Shown in pieces: positions 30,786 through 38,102 of a DNA stretch of 40,256 nt (positions are counted from its first letter, which is position 1; each line of letters opens with the position of its first letter). The DNA is from a virus. The position numbers were made by a program, and so were the translations under genes. The notes beneath the pieces were generated by a model. The model did not search any database. It was not told the DNA's origin and worked only from the letters and a program-made list of their open reading frames with translations. Location: the IMG/VR virus record IMGVR_UViG_3300028438_000001; one strand, 5' to 3'.

Positions 30786-30944
30786 GATAAAAGCCAGAAA
30801 GAACACCCAAAGAGGCGATGAAAGCGCAAAGTGGCACTACCTGCGCCGGAGCCCATGAAGTGCCTACACCGGTGAGCTTTGGAGGGCTGGAAAACCGGGA
30901 AGAGGTTATAGCTAAACCCTCCACTTTTGTCCATTGGAGGATTT

Positions 30945-31247
30945 ATGAGCGAATTAGATGAAGCAATCCAGCTAGTAGATGAATGGAACCATGATAGGAG
31001 ACGCGCAACCCACGGTGATGCCGTATGGGCCGGGTTAAAGCTTATTCAAGAAATCGAGCGCCTTAGCGCCGAAATCGAAGCGCTGCGGGGAGTTCACGAA
31101 TCTGCGACCCGTGTATTCAAATTTCACGCTGTCAACAAACGAAATTTTTTTATGGCGTTACGTGATTTGGAAAGTGAGCTTAATCGGGTTGCCGAGATCG
31201 AAGCCGCGAGAAAGGGGGGAATGATGCGCGAATGCAAAGAGTTCTGA
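30945..31247 (+). CDS. Hypothetical coiled-coil protein (100 aa)
   Basis: ATG 30945 after GGAGGA. In frame with ORF 30927..31247. Confidence 0.6.
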   Translation: MSELDEAIQLVDEWNHDRRRATHGDAVWAGLKLIQEIERLSAEIEALRGVHESATRVFKFHAVNKRNFFMALRDLESELNRVAEIEAARKGGMMRECKEF

Positions 31248-31287
31248 CCCTATGATCCTGGACAGATTTATTCGGCTGCGTGATGCG
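31248..31287 (+). repeat. 40-bp perfect direct repeat R1 (decoy copy of the xis 5' end)
   Basis: ccctatgatcctggacagatttattcggctgcgtgatgcg is identical to 31570-31609. Here the MILDRFIRLRDA reading frame stops after 23 codons. Confidence 0.9.
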
Positions 31288-31297
31288 GAGAATCAGT

Positions 31298-31489
31298 ATG
31301 GCGAAAGCAAAGACGGCTTTTGATGGAGAATGGGTAAGAACATCACCGATGATGTCTAAGCGTTTTGGTGTTGGCGTCCTACCGAAATGCGAAATCTGCG
31401 GGAAGATGAGTTGTTTTGCATGCTGGTACTCGATTAGAAAAAAGGTATTCAGATGTTTCAAATGTTTTACCCCAAACGATTTGAAATGA
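31298..31489 (+). CDS. Small CxxC zinc-finger protein in an AT-rich insert (63 aa)
   Basis: ATG 31298 after GGAGA. CEICGKMSCFACW...FRCFKCF. Confidence 0.5.
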   Translation: MAKAKTAFDGEWVRTSPMMSKRFGVGVLPKCEICGKMSCFACWYSIRKKVFRCFKCFTPNDLK

Positions 31490-31490
31490 C

Positions 31491-31529
31491 GCCTAACTAG
31501 GTTTTATACACCATTTTAGGCGCCTAATC
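31491..31529. repeat. GCCTAA-N19-TTAGGCGCCTAA element, copy A2
   Basis: Contains the perfect 12-bp palindrome TTAGGCGCCTAA. Confidence 0.6.
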
Positions 31530-31569
31530 CTGAAATAACCGTCAAATACACCCATGCAACGAGACTTGC

Positions 31570-31609
31570 CCCTATGATCCTGGACAGATTTATTCGGCTG
31601 CGTGATGCG
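31570..31609 (+). repeat. 40-bp perfect direct repeat R2 (true xis 5' end)
   Basis: Identical to 31248-31287. Confidence 0.9.
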
Positions 31610-31936
31610 CCTGGGTATCTGGGCATAAACAAAAACGATTTCAATGCGACTGTTCGCCCCCTACTGACCGAAATTCCGATGATGGCTCGGGGCATTGGAT
31701 TCGACCGGCTTGAGCTAGACGCCTGGTTCGAGGAATATAAGGCCCGCAACGGGAGACCGCCGCGCACAGAGGAGATGCAACCATGGCAAAGAGAAAAACG
31801 CCAGGGCTCACCTATACGGGCGGGCAATGGGTCATCGATAAAAGAGTCCAGGGATTCGGACGACTTTTTGAGCGCACTGGAATCGGTGACAAGGGGAAGG
31901 AAGCGGAAGCCGTCGCCTATCTCAACCGAAGGCTAG
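31574..31936 (+). CDS. xis: Excisionase / AlpA-like HTH protein
   Basis: RLRDAPGYLGINKNDFNATVRPLLTEIP...GFDRLELDAWFEEY resembles HTH_17-type excisionases. The 3' 154 nt overlaps int. Confidence 0.55.
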   Translation: MILDRFIRLRDAPGYLGINKNDFNATVRPLLTEIPMMARGIGFDRLELDAWFEEYKARNGRPPRTEEMQPWQREKRQGSPIRAGNGSSIKESRDSDDFLSALESVTRGRKRKPSPISTEG

Positions 31937-32907
31937 GCGAAATACGGGACCATCAGGAAAGGGAGAAGAATGGAATCCATACGTTTCGGCAGGCGGCAAC
32001 GCGATATCTCAAGAGCGAGACCAAGCGGAGTTTGGATAGGGATGCGTATTGCCTAAAAGCGGCCGATCCGTTCATCGGGGCACTACAATTGGAGCACGTT
32101 CACATGGGAACGCTTCAGCCGTTCATCGATAGCCGGAGGGACGAGGGAATCAAGTCGTCAACGGTGGTCAGGGAATTGTCAATTATTCGCCGGGTGCTGA
32201 CCCTGGCTGCCCGGCAGTACCGGGACGAACAAGGGCGCCCGTGGCTCAAACAGGCCGTGCCCATGTTTACCATGCCGGATTGGGAAGACGCGGCGCAGGC
32301 TTACCCGCTCAATTGGGAAGAGCAAAAGCGGTTTTTTAGGCTCCTGCCGGATTATTTAGCGGCCATGGCCCTGTTCGGGGTCAACACCGGGCTAAGAGAG
32401 CAAGGGATATGTTGGCTACGGTGGGATTGGGAAGTGAAAGTGCCGGAACTCGGAATCTCGGTATTCATCACGCCAGGCAAGCCGCGGATTTACTCTGACG
32501 GAAAATGGACAGGCGAGAAGAACAAGGAAGACCAGGTTGTCGTTCTAAACCGCGTGGCTCGCTCCGTGGTCGACGGACAGCGCGGCAAGCACCCGGTCTA
32601 CGTGTTCCCGCACCGGGACAAGCGCCTCAATACCATGTATCGAAGCGCCTGGATCACGGCGTGGAGAAAAGCCGGATTGCCGACAGACGAAAGCGTGTGC
32701 CGAGGTCCGCACAACCTCAAGCACACGTTCGGCAGGCGATTATCCGCCGCTGGAGTGCCGCCCGACATTCGAAAAGCGCTGCTCCATCATACAACGGGTG
32801 ACGTTACGTTGCATTACTCGCCGGCCGACATCGGGCGGTTGCTGGAAGCAGCTGAAATGGTCGTGCAGCAAGATCGCGAGTGGACGGTTTTGAGGAGGGT
32901 GAGGTGA
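31783..32907 (+). CDS. int: Tyrosine integrase
   Basis: 374 aa. GLREQGICWLRW, HNLKHTFGRRL and LLHHTTGDVTLHY correspond to the R...HxxR...Y catalytic pattern. Confidence 0.9.
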   Translation: MAKRKTPGLTYTGGQWVIDKRVQGFGRLFERTGIGDKGKEAEAVAYLNRRLGEIRDHQEREKNGIHTFRQAATRYLKSETKRSLDRDAYCLKAADPFIGALQLEHVHMGTLQPFIDSRRDEGIKSSTVVRELSIIRRVLTLAARQYRDEQGRPWLKQAVPMFTMPDWEDAAQAYPLNWEEQKRFFRLLPDYLAAMALFGVNTGLREQGICWLRWDWEVKVPELGISVFITPGKPRIYSDGKWTGEKNKEDQVVVLNRVARSVVDGQRGKHPVYVFPHRDKRLNTMYRSAWITAWRKAGLPTDESVCRGPHNLKHTFGRRLSAAGVPPDIRKALLHHTTGDVTLHYSPADIGRLLEAAEMVVQQDREWTVLRRVR

Positions 32908-33120
32908 TTACGTCAGCCGTTTTACGCAATGGTTCCGCAAAACAGTCGTAAGTCATTGTTCTAAAATAACCGAGGCGCATTTTACAAGCGACTTGGAATT
33001 TTAACCACTTGTTTTTACTATGCGCTAGTCTGTCTTCCGTTGCACAAAAAGCACAGAAGCGCGCAAAAAAGCTGAAGAGATTACGCAGATTTTACGCAAG
33101 AGCTATTGATACGCTTATAG
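32906..33120. other. Putative attP region with arm-type repeats
   Basis: GATTACGtCAGccgTTTTACGCAA (32906-32929) and GATTACGCAGaTTTTACGCAA (33079-33099), plus TTTTACAAGCG (32980-32990). AT-rich and non-coding, directly downstream of int. Confidence 0.5.
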
Positions 33121-33122
33121 CG

Positions 33123-33620
33123 TCAAAACCGCTTCCACGGGCTGATACGGTTGATTAACTGACCGCGATCGGATAATTTCCAGCCGAACCGGATCAATAG
33201 CCCGCGCCCGGTTTTTCCGTACGGGATTCGAAGCGCGTAATCCCAATACGTGAACCAGCGTCCCGGCATTTTGTTGACGGTAACAAAATGGTATTCGACA
33301 TGCGTGACGGGCCGATTCATGGGAGCGCCAATCCAGTGCGAGAAGCCGGACACCGGATTCCGCCAGGCCAGCCAAATCCAGCGATATCGATAGGTTCGGT
33401 TCTTGCCGTTGGTGAGCCTCGGCCAGATGGGATTGTTGCCGTTCAGCGTGCCGTTGATGCCGGTCGGATTCTGCCATGGGCCGAATAGCCACGGCATGAA
33501 CTCGTCATCCGGCCCGCAGAACAAAAGCCCGAGGGCGACGGCTGGGAATCCGAGCGCCCATAGGAAAAGCCAAACGGCGAATAGGCATAAGCTTATGAAT
33601 AGACGAGGAATGGCGATCAT
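33123..33620 (-). CDS. Membrane protein next to attP (165 aa; possible lysogenic-conversion gene)
   Basis: Internal ATG 33620 of ORF 33123..33848 forms an ATGA overlap with the upstream stop. N-terminal TM helices and a Trp-rich sequence. Confidence 0.55.
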   Translation of the reverse strand: MIAIPRLFISLCLFAVWLFLWALGFPAVALGLLFCGPDDEFMPWLFGPWQNPTGINGTLNGNNPIWPRLTNGKNRTYRYRWIWLAWRNPVSGFSHWIGAPMNRPVTHVEYHFVTVNKMPGRWFTYWDYALRIPYGKTGRGLLIRFGWKLSDRGQLINRISPWKRF

Positions 33621-34009
33621 GTGCCCGCCGGGAATCCAGGGTGCGCCGGCAGCGAATCCGGAATCACGTCCGGCCTGGGCTGCGAAAGGATCGCCCGGAG
33701 CGCCTTTCTGTAGTCGGTGAAGGCCACCACGTCGGGCGCGTTGATCACCGTCGTTCCGGTTGCCACGGCCTCGGCGATGCGCTCCATGGTGACGCTGGTT
33801 TTGGCGAGCGCCGTCAATGCCCGGCTCTGATATTCGGCCCACAGCCACCCGTTATCCTCCACCCAATCGGTTCCGTCGTGCCGCCATTTGCCCGGTTCAA
33901 GGGCAAAATCTTCAGGTACGTCGATGACGATATCGCCGGGATCGTTGGCGGAAACGAAACCGTGCGTTTTAAGGATGCGCGAGTTTGGATCGATGAATGC
34001 TTTTCTCAT
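33617..34009 (-). CDS. Tail fibre assembly/chaperone-like protein
   Basis: ATG 34009 (MRKAFIDPNSRI...). The C-terminal ..FTDYRKALRAILSQPRPDVIPDSLPAHPGFP resembles the Tfa family end motif. Follows the fibre gene. Confidence 0.45.
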   Translation of the reverse strand: MRKAFIDPNSRILKTHGFVSANDPGDIVIDVPEDFALEPGKWRHDGTDWVEDNGWLWAEYQSRALTALAKTSVTMERIAEAVATGTTVINAPDVVAFTDYRKALRAILSQPRPDVIPDSLPAHPGFPAGT

Positions 34010-34010
34010 T

Positions 34011-35342
34011 CTAGCCCCCATTCGGCACGGTGTAGCCATCTATCGAAAGATATAGCCCACCCGATGTTGCTGGAACTGAATTTATCCGATAGGCGATGCT
34101 CTGGCTTATATTTGGTATGAATATGCTGCCATCTGCCGATGCCGATTGATTGGCTGCGGCAACTTGAGCCCCCGCAATTCTGCGGCCATTATTCTCGAAA
34201 AATCCACCGTCAGGCCGAACGTACCCGGCGAATGAAGTCGCCGAGGTATGTTGTACAAGAATAGTGCCGTGCAAAAAAATCAACCCCGGTAATGGAGGAA
34301 CCAGTGATGAACAGTCGATGCTAGTCATCGTTGTTTGTTGCCCTGCCGCCAGAATCTGCGTTGCGCCACCGTCCGCGATACCGTAGCTAACAGTGTTTCC
34401 AGTACACACGACCAGGCGCAACGCGCCGCTAGAGTTGAGATATACCGAACACGCATACGCCCAATGGGTGTACCCTGACGGCAGCGTAGGCCCGGTCGGG
34501 GGAGCCGTGGCGCTTGAGATCGTCGCAAGCGTCGTTCCGTTCCAAATCCAGTAGAAGTGTACCCAACTGGAATTCGAGAACGCGCCGGCCTGATCGCGTC
34601 CGTTCGCGGCGGGTCCGGCGGTCGAAATGTTGTTGGTGATCGCGGCTCCCGGATTCCAAACCGTGACCGTCTGGTTCTTGCTGTTTCGGAGGACGATGGC
34701 ATCGGCGTCCATGTCGAATTGCGTGTTCGGCGTGCTGGAGTTGTTCGCGCAATTGCAGCCGATGACGCGCATGGAGCCTTCATGAATGCGCGGCATGCTG
34801 GTGTTGGTTGCCGTCATCAGTCCGAGATCAACGGAACTTAGGCCGCTATCCAGGGTGCCGGACTGGTTTTCGACCGTGATGGTTGTATTCGGGTCGTTGT
34901 AACTGGACGCGGCAACGACGCTGTAAGTCGTGCCCGAGGTGTTGGTCGTTTTGATGCGCCGACCGACTTCATACGAGGCCGTCTTGTCGCCCGGTACGGT
35001 GAACGAGATTGACGATACGTAGGTGGGCGTATCGCCCGAACTGATCCACTCGGAGGAAGCGGCTACCGATGTAATCGCTCCGATGACGGGATCTAGCGTT
35101 TTGATCGTCGAGCCGCCGGAATCCTTGATGACCAGCTTATAGCTTCCGCTGCCGAAATAGACGACCGCTTCGCCCCGAGAATCTAGCGTTTTGGTCGTGA
35201 AGCTTGTCGACTCGCTGGAGTCTCCGTATGCTGTTTTCGGGGTCGAACTGCCGGACTCGTAGAACTCCAGCGTTCCGCCCGCGAGTGGATCGCCGTTGCT
35301 GTCCTCGAAACGCAGAAGCGGGTTTGCGGCTGCCGTCGCCAT
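34011..35342 (-). CDS. Tail fibre / receptor-binding protein
   Basis: 443 aa. N-terminal FEDSNGDPLAGGTLEFYESGSSTPKTAYGD motif, common in phage fibres/spikes. Gly/Ser/Thr-rich. Confidence 0.65.
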   Translation of the reverse strand: MATAAANPLLRFEDSNGDPLAGGTLEFYESGSSTPKTAYGDSSESTSFTTKTLDSRGEAVVYFGSGSYKLVIKDSGGSTIKTLDPVIGAITSVAASSEWISSGDTPTYVSSISFTVPGDKTASYEVGRRIKTTNTSGTTYSVVAASSYNDPNTTITVENQSGTLDSGLSSVDLGLMTATNTSMPRIHEGSMRVIGCNCANNSSTPNTQFDMDADAIVLRNSKNQTVTVWNPGAAITNNISTAGPAANGRDQAGAFSNSSWVHFYWIWNGTTLATISSATAPPTGPTLPSGYTHWAYACSVYLNSSGALRLVVCTGNTVSYGIADGGATQILAAGQQTTMTSIDCSSLVPPLPGLIFLHGTILVQHTSATSFAGYVRPDGGFFENNGRRIAGAQVAAANQSASADGSIFIPNISQSIAYRINSVPATSGGLYLSIDGYTVPNGG

Positions 35343-35360
35343 GGTCTAACCTCTGAAACG

Positions 35361-35384
35361 AAAAAAACCCGCATAGGGCGGGTT
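35361..35384 (-). terminator. Intrinsic terminator immediately upstream of the tail fibre RBS
   Basis: Minus strand: aacccgc-cctat-gcgggtt with T7. Confidence 0.6.
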
Positions 35385-35447
35385 AGGTGACTAAAATGTT
35401 GACTAAAGTTGGTCGGTTCGAATGGGCCGATTTCTATAGAGCGCCAA

Positions 35448-35477
35448 TTGCTCTATTGCTGTGGCCCGTGGTATTAA
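35448..35477 (+). promoter_or_regulatory. Candidate promoter TTGCTC-N18-TATTAA for the lipoprotein moron
   Basis: Read directly. About 100 nt upstream of ATG 35577. Confidence 0.35.
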
Positions 35478-35576
35478 TCAATTACCGTTTGCGCTCAAAA
35501 CGCATGGTCAAGGATCGGTGGTTTTGGGCCGACGCTCTTCTTTGTCGATGGGGATATTACATTTAAGGGGCTGAAA

Positions 35577-35900
35577 ATGAAAAAGCTGATGCTGGTTAGC
35601 GTTTTGGTTCTGTCATCCGGTTGCGCGGCTCAACGATTACCGACGCGCGCCGATCTTGAAAGACCGGCCATGAATCGGTGCGATTACGTCCTGGGTATCG
35701 ATAAACACCCAGAAGAAAAAGGCACCAGAGAGTACCGGGAATGCGTGGCGGACACGATGGACGACATGTACAGGGACGCCATGCAAGCCGTCGCCACGGA
35801 ACAACAACAGCGCTCGCAATTCGCCAGGGATTACTTAATAATTCAGCAGATGAACAGGCCTCAAGAGATTACTGTGCATCATCGCCCGTTTCCGTTTTGA
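35577..35900 (+). CDS. Lipoprotein (moron; superinfection-exclusion candidate)
   Basis: MKKLMLVSVLVLSSGC has the lipobox LSSGC. Opposite strand to the surrounding late genes. Confidence 0.7.
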   Translation: MKKLMLVSVLVLSSGCAAQRLPTRADLERPAMNRCDYVLGIDKHPEEKGTREYRECVADTMDDMYRDAMQAVATEQQQRSQFARDYLIIQQMNRPQEITVHHRPFPF

Positions 35901-35915
35901 TTTCGAGCGGTATTG

Positions 35916-36062
35916 ATGGAAAATCTTGTTTTCTGGAAAGCGTTCGTCGCCGGACTCAGCGCCACGCTCGGCGGTTGGCTGATCAAGGAACTGGGAAGCT
36001 GGATTATCCGCCGCTTGCCGAATGGCAAGGCAAAACGGATTCTCGGCAAGGAGCTATGGTGA
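35916..36062 (+). CDS. Small TM protein (48 aa)
   Basis: Hand translation: MENLVFWKAFVAGLSATLGGWLIKELGSWIIRRLPNGKAKRILGKELW. Confidence 0.4.
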   Translation: MENLVFWKAFVAGLSATLGGWLIKELGSWIIRRLPNGKAKRILGKELW

Positions 36063-38102
36063 TTATTTATTGGTCAACTTGTACTGCGCCGCCATGGACG
36101 CCAACGACGGCGTAATGCGCTCCGCGATGCGCCCGGCGATTTCTTGTCCGGGATAGCCGCCCAGCATGTATTTCATGCCGGGGCGCGAAGTCGCCGCCCA
36201 CCAAAGAGCGCCTAGCGTCGGTTCCGCGTATAGCATGCTTCCGGTTGCCGCCGTAGGTCCGAAATAGCCGATCAACTTTTCAGCCGTTCCAGGCCCGACA
36301 TCCGGAAGCGTATTGCCTAGAATATCGTTGGCGAGTATGGCTTCTTTCTGCATCAATGACCGGGTGCGTCCGAAAGACCGCTTACCCTTGGTCTTGTCCA
36401 TCCGGCGAATCGCGCTCAAAAGCTGCCGAGGCGTTACCACGCCTTGAGACTGTGCGCCAATCATCGCCGACGCGTCTTGTAGCCGCAGGAACTTCGCGTA
36501 TTGCCGATCTAGCGGGTGTATCTCCTTCCGCGCTTCCTTCGGTAAGGATCGATGAATCATCTTTTTCAAGGACTTTCCAATTTCCTCGAACGCTTCACCC
36601 AAGGGCGCGTTGCCGCGATTGAACGCGGACTGCTTCCATTCCCTGATCTGCCCTTCAAGAATTTTGATTTGATCGCCCCGAAATCCGTTGCTCGGCGCCA
36701 GCGTGTCGAGCAATTCCGACATGCGGAGGTCGAATTCGCCGCGCCCGCCGGCCCCCGTTCCAAGCTGCGCGTACTTCCGTTCGAGCCGCGCCATGTCGTC
36801 AATGAACTGATCGTCCAGATTGATGAAATATTTCCCGAGAAGATTCTGATACCGATTGCTGAACTCGTCCGCGATCTCGCCCACCACGTCGCCAATCGCC
36901 GCGTCTTTCGGCGTCCTCGGGACGAATCCAGGGGGGGCAACTTCCTTTGCGATAACCCGGTTCCAATCCTGAAACGCCTTGCGCTCGGATGAGCGAATCA
37001 TCGGCCCGACAATCGGCCACGCCTTTGCGCGTTCCTCGACTCCTCGAACGACCTTCCCGACGATACCAGGCTTATCGGCTTGAATCGCCTGCCCAGGCGT
37101 AAGCCTCACGCCTTGCCGCATAAGCTCTTTCGATTCCTGCGTCACGCCTTTCGAGAGCGGCCCACGCGTAAGCCCCTGAATGCCCTTTCCGATGAGTCCG
37201 CCCGCCGCGCCGCCTATGCCGCCCGATACCACGTTCCCGGCCACGCTCTCGCCCGTCCGCGTCGGCTGTAAAGCGCCCATGACCGCGCCGATGGCGGTTG
37301 ATCCGGCCACCGTCCCGCCGCCCGGTATGGGAGCCGTGGCAATACCGATAGGGATAGCGCCGGCTACCGCGCCGACCTTGCCCGCCGTGGTTTCCATCAA
37401 AGGCGCGTCGTGCTTTGCCGCTTCATCGATGTTGGCTTGAATCTCGCGCATGGACTGCGCCGTACGCTCGTCCTTCGGAAGAATTCCGTAATTCTCCAAC
37501 GCATTTATGGCCTCGATGCCGCGCTGAGCGATGCCGCGCCCGGTGTCCACCATGGTTTTGCCCATGCCGGCGCGGAATTTCTCGAACGCGCTCATACCTT
37601 CGGTCGGGTCTGCCGCTGCTTGAGCCTGCTGTAACTTTCCGGGGTCGATACCGCGAGCCTTGAACAGGTCAACGGGTTGTCTCCTCGGCTGTTCGACTTC
37701 TTCGGCTTGCGCTGTTCCCATGGGATTCAAGGCCCCCATGATCTTGGAAACATAGTTTTGGGTCTCCGGAAACGGCGGAACCCCACCATGTTCCTTAACG
37801 GCTCCTGGCCCCGCGTTATAGGCCGCCAGCGCCAGCTTCGGGTCTTTGAACTCGTTCAGCATGGCGGACAGGTATTCCGCGCCAAAGCGCACGTTCTCGG
37901 CCCGGCTGTTATCCCGCATCGGCTGAACGCCGTAGCCGGGGTCTTTGGCTGTCGCGGGCATGACCTGCGCGAGTCCTTGCGCCCCCTTCCGCGAAACGGC
38001 GTTCTGGTTTCCGCCGGATTCCGCGCCCACCAAAGCACCGAGCATGCCCGGCGGCAACCCAAAGCGCCGTTCGTAATGTTCGACGATCAAGTCTCTGGCC
38101 AT
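36063..38102 (-). CDS. Internal virion / ejection protein with an N-terminal soluble lytic transglycosylase domain
   Basis: 679 aa. GAESGGNQNAVSRKGAQGLAQVMP...AAYNAGPGAV are the canonical SLT motifs. Confidence 0.8.
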   Translation of the reverse strand: MARDLIVEHYERRFGLPPGMLGALVGAESGGNQNAVSRKGAQGLAQVMPATAKDPGYGVQPMRDNSRAENVRFGAEYLSAMLNEFKDPKLALAAYNAGPGAVKEHGGVPPFPETQNYVSKIMGALNPMGTAQAEEVEQPRRQPVDLFKARGIDPGKLQQAQAAADPTEGMSAFEKFRAGMGKTMVDTGRGIAQRGIEAINALENYGILPKDERTAQSMREIQANIDEAAKHDAPLMETTAGKVGAVAGAIPIGIATAPIPGGGTVAGSTAIGAVMGALQPTRTGESVAGNVVSGGIGGAAGGLIGKGIQGLTRGPLSKGVTQESKELMRQGVRLTPGQAIQADKPGIVGKVVRGVEERAKAWPIVGPMIRSSERKAFQDWNRVIAKEVAPPGFVPRTPKDAAIGDVVGEIADEFSNRYQNLLGKYFINLDDQFIDDMARLERKYAQLGTGAGGRGEFDLRMSELLDTLAPSNGFRGDQIKILEGQIREWKQSAFNRGNAPLGEAFEEIGKSLKKMIHRSLPKEARKEIHPLDRQYAKFLRLQDASAMIGAQSQGVVTPRQLLSAIRRMDKTKGKRSFGRTRSLMQKEAILANDILGNTLPDVGPGTAEKLIGYFGPTAATGSMLYAEPTLGALWWAATSRPGMKYMLGGYPGQEIAGRIAERITPSLASMAAQYKLTNK

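Noticed and set aside
32908-33120. tRNA gene or tRNA fragment next to the integrase
   Set aside because: I could not fold any cloverleaf-like stems or find a GTTCRANYC T-loop motif in this AT-rich region.
33621-33848. N-terminal 76-aa extension of ORF 33123..33848
   Set aside because: It overlaps the Tfa-like gene in another frame and has an Arg/Gly-rich composition. The ATGA-coupled ATG at 33620 begins a clean TM segment.
34011-35342. Diversity-generating retroelement targeting the tail fibre
   Set aside because: No reverse-transcriptase-like ORF appears in any frame of the track, and I saw no template-repeat copy of the fibre 3' end by eye.
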